This document shows, one piece after another, positions 55,501 through 64,000 of a stretch of DNA of 64,000 nucleotides (positions are counted from its first letter, which is position 1; each line of letters begins with the position of its first letter). The notes under the pieces are model-generated. The model made no database searches and was not told where the DNA came from. It saw only the letters and a list, made by a program, of their open reading frames with translations. This DNA is from the human T2T-CHM13v2.0 reference genome, Homo sapiens: NCBI RefSeq assembly GCF_009914755.1, contig NC_060944.1; one strand, given 5' to 3'. The position numbers were made by a program, and so were the translations under genes.

Positions 55501-55690
55501 TGTGGTGGGGGATGTTGATCATGTGGGAGGCTGTGCATGGCATGTGTGCAGAAAAAGTATTTGACGAAATGCAACACCCAATCGTAATAAAAACTCTTTT
55601 TCAGAAAATCTCTGTACCTTCTGCTCAATTTTGCTGTGAACCTAAAACTGCTCTTAAAAATAAAGTCTACTTAAAAACAAATAAAATAAA
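52552..55690 (+). mobile_element. Old L1 (L1MC1-like), 5'-truncated, large internal deletion near 53180
   Basis: Decayed ORF2 (endonuclease start ~52745, jump to RT region at ~53180); 3' end CTGTGAACCTAAAACTGCTCTTAAAAATAAAGTC plus A-rich tail. Confidence 0.85.
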
Positions 55691-57037
55691 GCCTGCTATA
55701 GTTGGTGGTTACTCTCTCCCAGCACTCCCCAGAGCTAGTACCTCCTTCCACTGTCAGCAACCTGCCAGCCAGCCCCCAGGACAGCTTCCAAATGAGGTGG
55801 CAGAGACAGCAGTGGCAGGTCCCTGCGGCTCACACCCACCAGAGAGGACCCCACTGTGCCTGGCCAAGAAATGTCACCAGCTCATCAAAGAAAGAGAAAA
55901 AGCTGGGACCTGGTGACAAAGTACAATGAGAAGTAACCCAGTGAAAAAGAAAAAGACAGGAAAGTGCTCTCTTTGGGAGGTAAGATCATTGGTTTGCACT
56001 TCAACTGCTGTTAAGTTTCAGTTTTAAAGAGCAAGATTTGATTTTTCACCAAAAAAAGCTAAAGCTTTTAAAATTTACACAAATAAATGCCAATGTCTTT
56101 TTAAGAGAAATACAAAGTTCTATCATGATATTTACTCTTCTTGAAACAATTTTGACTTTGACAGCCAAGAAAACAAACCAACTGCAGAAATGGACCAGTC
56201 CTTGGGGCCTGTGTCAAATAACAGGGCCCAGGCAAGAGAAGCTGGTCAAACGTCACTAGAAGAGAGGCCACTGACCGGCCTTGAGAGCACAACAGAAGCA
56301 CCCTGTGTGCACATATCCACAGCCACCCACTGCCTGGAGAACAGTGTGCTTCAGAATAACAAGCGGCACTTCCAAAGAAGCTGCTCAGCAAGCCCATACC
56401 AGATTAAGTTTTAAACTATCTGTGACTATCTGTGCCTTCCCAATACTAAACTTAATTCTCATTTTAACAAACAGAAAATGCCTTGTTCAAGGTTGCTAGA
56501 GATGCAAGTATTAGAACCAGACCCAATTCTAGTTCTGAGGCATGGGCAAGTGTGATGCAGATGGTTACCCTTAAGTGTACCCATCAAGGTGAGATTTCAA
56601 ACAGTCAGACAAAAACAGTGGAAATATTGAGAACCATTTGTCTTCATCACAGTGAAATCTATACAAAGCAAATGGAACTAAGAAATACTGTGCTGTCAAA
56701 TAGCTATTTAACTTTGATAAATGAACTAAAAATCAGTATCTGTATTTGGCCTTTTTCCTTTCACAACACTTTGAGCACAACAAAGTGTTCCATAGAGATG
56801 AATTCAAAATCACCCAGTGCTAAAATGGCATGCAAACTGGGCAGATGAGACCAGCAGAAAGAGCCACTAGGGCCTCCCATGTGATGTCTGAGGGCCAAGT
56901 CCCACGTCCGCAGCTAAGAAGGATGTGCAGGGCCCCAGTCCAGGGGCAGCGTGCCACTGCAGCTGCTCCCACAGAACCCGCCCCCTCAGACAACAGACAG
57001 CCTGGAAGGCTCCCCCCCCAACCAAGCTTAGACTTAC

Positions 57038-57153
57038 CCCCAATATGTGCTATGGACTCCGGTCCAACAAGTTGATTTTCAAACAGCCTTTCTGCCTGTC
57101 GCAGCTTCGTATTTGGATGCAGAACACCAAGCAAGAGCGGGGGTTCTTTGAAG
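57038..57153 (-). CDS. APMAP: APMAP exon 3
   Basis: FKEPPLLLGVLHPNTKLRQAERLFENQLVGPESIAHIG; 116 nt. Confidence 0.96.
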
Positions 57154-57899
57154 CTGCAAAATAATGCAATTCCAGAGATCTGTCTATAAATACACATGTG
57201 AAGAAAATGTGTACCGAGCACCTGCTCTCAGTTCTTTGATAAAGATGGCACTTTCTAACAACATCCTCAGTTGCCAGAAATACAAGGGTTAAGAAAAAAC
57301 TGTTCTAGGATATCAGAAAACATCATGGTACAAAAGAAATATAAAAATATAAATGTGCTAGTGCAAGACCTTCAGCAATCTTGTCACCTGAGAGCATCCT
57401 GAGGCCTGTGCCCACCCATCCTCCAGCCTCCCCAGCTCCCCACCCCCATCCAATGCCTCAGGGCAGCTGGACCTCCTCACCCCTGTGACTCACAGCCCTA
57501 CAGCCACTGGAGTCTACCTAGGGTGGTGGGGGGCAGTGCCCACGTTTCACACCTGATGACCCGGCCTCGTATTTCACAGAGAAGATGGAAGGAGCAAGGG
57601 GAGACCTTCCTGGGACTGGAGCCACCGTCCCATGGTCCAGCACAGGGCACGCCACCTCCCGCTGATATTCTCAAGGCCCACCAGGCTCTTCCTGAAGCAG
57701 GAGCCTGAGCTGGGCCCTGGAGCCCTTCTACTCACAGACACGGCTCCAGAAACTCCTGCCTCTACTCGTCCTTCCCATCCACATGCCAGTATGTCACGCC
57801 TCCCAACCCACCATCAAGTTCTGCTGAGGCCACTTTGAAAAGACACCATTGAACCCGTCTCCCCATGTCCTCCTTACAACCCTGGCTGGGGCCACCATC

Positions 57900-58475
57900 C
57901 TCTCGCCTCGCCCCTGCTCCCTCCCTTGACCCCTGTAGTCTATTCTCAATCCAGCAGCCATGCCGGATCATGACCTTCCTCTATTCAGAGCCCCACAATG
58001 GCCCCCTCTCACCTAGAGCCAAGTCCTGGCAGCAGCCTCTGAGCACCGCAACCTGGCCACAGCACCTTCTTGCCCCCTCTCTCCCTTGTGCCTTCTGCAT
58101 CCCTCACACCAGCCCCTCCCTGCTGGGTCCTAACCACACCAGCATCTCCCTATCCAGGGCCTTCACACCAGCTCTTTGCTCCACTTGGAACAGCAACCAT
58201 CCCCCACCCAGGAGGCCCACTCTGACCACCCAACTAAATATCCGATACCTCCCCCGAACCCAGGCCCCTGCCCTACTCCATGCTCCTCATAGCACACACC
58301 AGCTTCTCATGCACTGTGTGATCTGCTTCTGTTATGTTTATGGTCTGTTTGTCCCCACTAGAACATACGCTCCATGAGATCAGGGATTTCTTTCTGTGTT
58401 TTTCTCTACTGTATTCCCAGCATCTGGCACCCAACATGGCACACAGAAGGCTCCCAACGAGCACTGCTGGAGGAA
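57900..58475 (+). mobile_element. L2 3' fragment
   Basis: AGTCTATTCTCAATCCAGCAGCCA ... CCCCACTAGAA..GCTCCATGAG..CAGGGATTT...CTGTATTCCCAGC. Confidence 0.75.
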
Positions 58476-58660
58476 ACCAAAGTAGAGAGGAATATCTTCC
58501 GATTATCCCCTGTCCCCTGCCTCCAGCAAGGCAGAGAATTCAAGAACAGGAAGGAGCTAAGCGTTGGGGAAAAGTTTATGACAACAGCAAAAAGAGCTTC
58601 TTTAAAGCTCTCTTCACAGCAAAAGAGGAAGGAAGGGAAACCCCACCTGGGGCAATTGGT

Positions 58661-59183
58661 GCCATGCTACGATGACAAGCAGAGCTGCCAGCTTCGCTCG
58701 GCCTCGGTCACCTCAACACGCCGGGCAGCATGGGGTCACCATAGTCAAGAGGCCATGCTCGGCCTCGGTCACCTCTACACGCTGGGCAGCGCGGGGCCAC
58801 CATGGTCAAGAGGCTATGCCACGATGACAAAAGCAGACCTACCAGCTTCGCTTGGCCTCGGTCACCTCTACGCGCCGGGCAGTGCAGGGCCACCACAGTC
58901 AAGAGGCCATGCTACCATGACAAAAGCAGACCTACCAGCTTCGCTCAGCCTCTGTCACCTCTACACACTGGGCAGCGTGGCGTCACCATGGTCAAGAGGC
59001 CATGCCACAATGACAAAAGCAGACCTACCAGCTTCGCTCGGCCTCGGTCACTTCTACACACCGGGCAGTGTGGGGTCACCATGGTCAAGAGGCCATGCCA
59101 CGATGACAAGCAGAGCTGCCAGCTTCGCTCGGCCTCCATCACCTCTACACGCCAGGCAGCGCAGGGCCACCATGGTCAAGAGG
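58661..59183. repeat. CpG-rich minisatellite, ~93-bp unit, 6 copies (about 91/61/93/93/93/91 bp)
   Basis: Unit GCCATGCCACGATGACAAAAGCAGACCTACCAGCTTCGCTCGGCCTCGGTCACCTCTACAC...CACCATGGTCAAGAG. Confidence 0.95.
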
Positions 59184-60337
59184 ATCAGGCCAGCAGACGG
59201 GGCAGAAACGGCCACTCAGCTGATGGACGGGTGTTTGGGAGTCTACCCAGGATACTACATCACTCCCGTGAGAGCTTAGACCACACTTAGAAATCTCTAA
59301 AAAATCAGAGAACAGGCAGACCAGGAGTATGGAGGGACAAAGAGAAGGATGGTCGCTCTTCCAGTCTGGACTATTACACAGCTGGTTTCAGTACTTGAGA
59401 ACAAAATCACCAGGAAGGCTGCAGGGCTTTGCCAAAAACCTGCCCTGCAAAGTCACTTTCCCTTCTTTCTGGGAAGATTAGAGGGCTGTCATAGACACAG
59501 CATATATGACATCCTGATTCCTATAGCATGTACAGAGTAGTTTTCAAGATCCCTGTGACAACGTGGGGAGATGTGAACAGAGTAACAGGGCATCTGTATG
59601 ATCACGGATGGCTGGCACAAGTGAAGAAAGCCTGCACTAATGCAGTAATACTCAACTGCAGAGAAGTGACCCACTGTGACCCACAGACTGCACAAAGGTT
59701 TTCCTAAGCACTTCTGAGAACCAGCTCTCTGAGGTCCCCCACATCTCTCTCCCTAACACAGGAAGCCAGGGTGTGGGGCACTGCTCTCTCCCTCCCCAGC
59801 GGGTCTCCTGTTGGCCCTGCCTGAGTTTTATACAGTGCTTCTATTTGCTCTTGATGTCCCAGACCACCCATAAAGGTTGTTGCTATTTTTTAATATCTCT
59901 CAGTTTGACAGTTTCACCCGATAGTAAAATGTGTACTTCTAACAGTACTGCAACTTTCAACTCCCAGTAGAATTACTCTTTCTGTTGGTCTTTAAAATTA
60001 TAGCAACCAAATCCATTCTCCAAAATGCTGCTCTATTTTTTTTTACCATAAATTTGACTTTAACTGATATTTTTTCAGTGACTAGAAACATTCATATCCT
60101 TCTATGAAAAATAAACTTTTTGTTCCCTTCTGGAGAGAAACCATGTCCTTCCACAGAGTGACTGTGGGCTGAGAGGGCTGCAGCTGAGTCAGCACCCGCT
60201 GGGATGGCGTGCATGGGGCATGGCCTGTGTTGTGGCCACGTTCTTGCATGAGACACACCAAGCTCTGTCATGTACCAGGCTTCTGCTTCTGCTCTGCATT
60301 TTGGGGCCTATCTTCCTGTTTTTGAGTGTGCCATGCC

Positions 60338-60611
60338 AAAAGCAGAGCCCAGGAGAGAGGCCCCTGTTGGCTGTGATTCCAATGCCATAAGCTGAGCCCA
60401 GGAGAGAGGTCCCTGTTGGCTGTGATGGTTCCACTGCCATTCTGAAAGCTGAGCCCAGGAGAGAGAGAGAGACCCGTTGGCTGTGACAGTTCCACTGCCA
60501 TTCCAAAAGCTGAGCCCAGGAGAGAGGTCCCTGTTGGCTGTGATGGTTCCACTGCCATTCCGAAAGCTGAGCCCAGGAGAGAGGTCCCTGTTGGCTGCAG
60601 CGGTTCCACTG
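60338..60611. repeat. Minisatellite, ~57-bp unit, ~5 copies
   Basis: AAAGCTGAGCCCAGGAGAGAGGTCCCTGTTGGCTGTGATGGTTCCACTGCCATTCCG. Confidence 0.95.
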
Positions 60612-62116
60612 CTTCTCTTCCTTTCCTTCCTCATCAGGCTTTTCTACTCAACAGATAGAACTCACTTTGTACAAACAACTTCCAATCCCCAGTAGGCTCT
60701 GCTTCCTTTCAGTGTCTGGCCAGGGCCACATACCCCATTTCCCAATGCATTTCTTCACCACTCTTTCCACACATAAAATCATCTTTCCTGAGATCAAAGG
60801 TCTTCAATCACTGAGGCTCCAACCTCTCTCTCCAACTCAAAACTCAACCTCAGCCTCCTTTTCCAAGGCCAGCCCCCCAACCCAAGCTTCTAATCCCCAG
60901 CTGTGGACACAGTTCACTCCCCCACCTTAGCCAACTGGACTATCTAAGAAGGCCCAGGTCAGTTTCCCTTTGGCTAGAATGAGCCATCCTGCTCTGTAAA
61001 GAAGGGTTAGAAAGAGAGAAGCCCCTCCCTCAACACATCAGGGGACCCCCCCCCGCCACCCACCCCTGACGCCCCTCCTTTGGAGACAGGATGTCCTCAG
61101 GCCTGGCTCAGGCAGAAAAATCCATCTGAAGACCCACTGGCACACCAGGAATTACAGAGCTGACACTCTTGGAGCGGACTAGAGTCCCCAGTCCTTCACC
61201 CATTCTCAATCTTACATGAGCAAATTGTGTGTTTACAGCACCTTGTGCCTTTACTATTCTAAATCCAACAACAAAAAGTTCACTCAGCTACACATGTCAA
61301 TCTAAGGTCAGAACCGTGTCCTCTACATTCTTAGTGAATCGGATCCAATATAAAGCCTTAATTTTTATGGATAAAACACTACATTATTCAGCTAGTATGT
61401 TATATTCACTCTTTAACTAGGTATAATTCTTGTCTGAAGTTTTTAAAGCCTTACCTGGACTAACTCATTTAAAATAAGCTTCAGATGGCTTCACCCCATC
61501 AGCAGTTGCAAGGGGAACCAGGAAATTACTGAACCAGACTGCACAACCCTCCTGCAACTATGTCAACATGGAAGTCATAGATCGTCACACTGATGAGAGC
61601 CTGGCTCTATCCCACTATAATTATAAACATGAATCTATTTCAGGGGGCTTTACATATACAATAGTTTTTTCAAATTATAATGGACTGCATTACTCATAGA
61701 TCTCTATCGGTGAAAGGTAACTTAGGAAAAAAAGAACACTAATTATGGGTTTTGTAGAAAATCAGTTACTTACAAAATTTAAATGAGGTAACTGAAGCTC
61801 CATTTGTGTGTGTTTTTGCTACCTGAAATGAATTATAGTTGACTGTCTAATGATTATTAAGCTTCTCTAATTTTGAATTTTTGTTTTTGGTTGATGCAGT
61901 TTTTTTAAAACAATGACAGGGAAAATACCATGCATATTTCCTGAGTAACATCTAATTCAGCATAAAAACCCAGGTACTAAAGAAATCACAAAACTCTATT
62001 TCTCCTAACTTACCTTTCAGATCAGATTGATTTAATCACCCTCCTTTCCTTGGAAATTATTTCAGCCTATTACATTTTGTCAAGCAACCCCTCCTGAGGA
62101 CTGCGGGGCAGCCTAC

Positions 62117-62233
62117 CTGAGAGGCTGTGGATCTATAGGAGATTCCAGCAGCATCATGGCTCCAAGCAGGGGAACGGTGAGAGAAACAGCCAGCATCAAG
62201 AAGGTCACTCGGAAAACTCTGCCGCTAAAGGAG
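62117..62233 (-). CDS. APMAP: APMAP exon 2 (type II signal-anchor)
   Basis: SFSGRVFRVTFLMLAVSLTVPLLGAMMLLESPIDPQPL; 117 nt; all exon phases 2-9 join in frame. Confidence 0.96.
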
Positions 62234-63599
62234 CTGCCAGAAATAAAAGATACAAAGGCAATCAGCTGAGTCTCAGACAGTGACAAGGTTGGCTGGTCCG
62301 AAAGCCCTCCCGGCAGGAGCAGGGACGCTCATCCAGTTTCCCCACTGCAAGCTGGCCGACCTCTGGCTTGTGATTAAACTCTAGCACTATTTGCTAGGAT
62401 TGGCAAACACACTTTTGTTGTTGTTCTTTTTTTTTAATCTTCCAGCTTCCCCTGTGTGGGATACGTTGGATCAGTTACTTTCCAGATCTTGAATCCTCCA
62501 GGAGGGTTTTAAAGAAGGCAAACTCAAAGAACTGATGAACACAAAATGTAATGGGGAAAAAGAGTTCTAATGACATAAATGATACACACTCATCCACAGA
62601 AAAGGTGGGTAATTCTCAAAAGCTACGCATTCCCGGTGTATGGATTCAAAGCAGCAACACTCAGTACTATGCAGCCCTAAGATTCTCACAGATAGAAGAG
62701 ACAGCTAAAGTCATGAAGGAAATGGAAGCAGAACAACTTCCTGAGGATCCAATTCCCCAATCACTTTTCCCAACCTACTTCTAAGAATTTAAAAGGAAAT
62801 CCCAGATCTTCAACCTAATAGAAGAAGTCTGGCAGATACTGACAGTTATCCACACAGGATCTATAAAATTACAATTCAAAGTCATCACTCCTGAACCCTT
62901 GGGAAGATATGAAAGCTTCCCTGGGAATCCTGGGTGAAGTTTTTGGACAAATGACCAGTAGTGCCTTAAATATCTCTGAACCAATCTTCACATACAGTAT
63001 CTCTCATCTGGCAAACAAGTGAAAGCATTTGGCCTCTTGCTACTAAATAAACCTCATAGGATCATTACTTGCTTACATGAATTGAACTCAAATTTACTAA
63101 ATGCTTGGCATTAATATTAACTTAAACAAAATCATGAGTTCCTAAGGTAGAATTTTTTTCTTCCATGAAAAAAAGTGTTGACAAAGAAAAAAGTCAAGAC
63201 TCACACTTAACAAAACAGACTTGATTTAAGGGGGCAGGGTTTGATTTTTGACAGAAGTGTAGTCTTCTGCCATTTAGACGTGTTAAACTCTGTTCTGGGT
63301 ATGGTGTAGAAACATAAAGGCCAAGCCCTCTTTCCCAACAACCAGCCAGGGAACTGCAGGCCAGTTTCTCCACTCCAAAACCCACAGTTTCCCCCAGTGT
63401 GAAACGGGGTGTTGGGCAGGGTAACTTCCTGAACATGCATGATCCAGTCCTGAACATGCAAGATTTTTCACAAACGAATAAAGCAGAAAAGAAAAGAAAT
63501 CCCTCTATTTCTACTGGGGTAGGTGGAAATAAAGACAAAGGAAAGACTAAGGGGAAGAAGAGGGAGCAGCTTTCACAAAGTGTCCCTTGCATTTTGGAC

Positions 63600-64000
63600 A
63601 GCACCTCTGCAGAGTGGCTGGGTTCTGCCACCAACCTGAGTGGGCAGGAAACAGAGCCTCCCCAGAGCCTCCAGAAACACAGCCCTACTGACACCCTGAT
63701 CTTAACACAGTGAGACCTGCCCAGGACTTCTGGCCTACAAAACTATTACATAATAAATCTGTGTTGTTCAGGACACTCATTGTGTGGTAATTTGTTAATG
63801 GCAGCCATAAAAATTAACAGTTTTCTAAGTAAATTAGTTTCCAGCACCCTGGAAGTGGGGTGTTGCTGTAACAGATATCTAAAAAAATGTGGAAGTAGCT
63901 TTGGAATAGAGCTGTGGGTGAAGGAAGGAAGAATTCTGAGGAGCAGCACAGAAAAAGCCTAGATTTCCTTGAACACATTAGTAAAACTACGGATGTTAAA
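63600..64000 (+). mobile_element. MaLR MLT1 LTR 3' part plus start of internal sequence
   Basis: GAGCCTCCAGAAA..CAGCCCT.CTGACACC, AATAAATCTGTGTTG, TGTGGTAATTTGTTA, followed by GGAAGTGGGGTGTTGCTGTAACA...AATGTGGAAGTAGCTTTGGAA. Confidence 0.75.

Noticed and set aside
63428-63461. Possible p53 element in duplicated TCCTGAACATGCA
   Set aside because: Imperfect half-sites with a long spacer; a small local duplication explains it.

Overview
Primate (human-like) genomic DNA matching the CST7/APMAP locus (human 20p11.21, recognised from the encoded proteins). 1-27 kb is mostly retroelement. A near full-length, disrupted L1PA4/5-like LINE-1 (1-6063) sits inside the gag of a defective HERV-E provirus (6064-11142; pro-pol, deleted env, partial 3' LTR2). 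These are followed by a 3'-truncated ERV-L with an MLT2 5' LTR on the minus strand (15820-20516) and a 5'-inverted L1PA7/8-like element with a 16-bp TSD (22154-27022) directly upstream of CST7. CST7 (cystatin F, 145 aa, 4 exons, + strand, CDS 27619-37985) is convergent with APMAP (- strand; exons 2-9 at 62233-42084, exon 1 outside the window). The genic half carries seven unrelated GC-rich tandem repeats (five multi-copy minisatellites, a diverged 5'-leader repeat and one two-copy duplication) and an old U6/L1 chimeric retrocopy. I see no prokaryote-type system and no CRISPR array. The best leads are regulatory or mechanistic: a CAGGTG / 5'-splice-site / G-rich array just before CST7 exon 2, a repeat-built CST7 leader with upstream ATGs, an MLV-like readthrough pseudoknot after a UGA gag stop, and an ancient U6-L1 chimera. 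Repeat subfamily names come from recalled consensus sequences and need RepeatMasker/Dfam confirmation.
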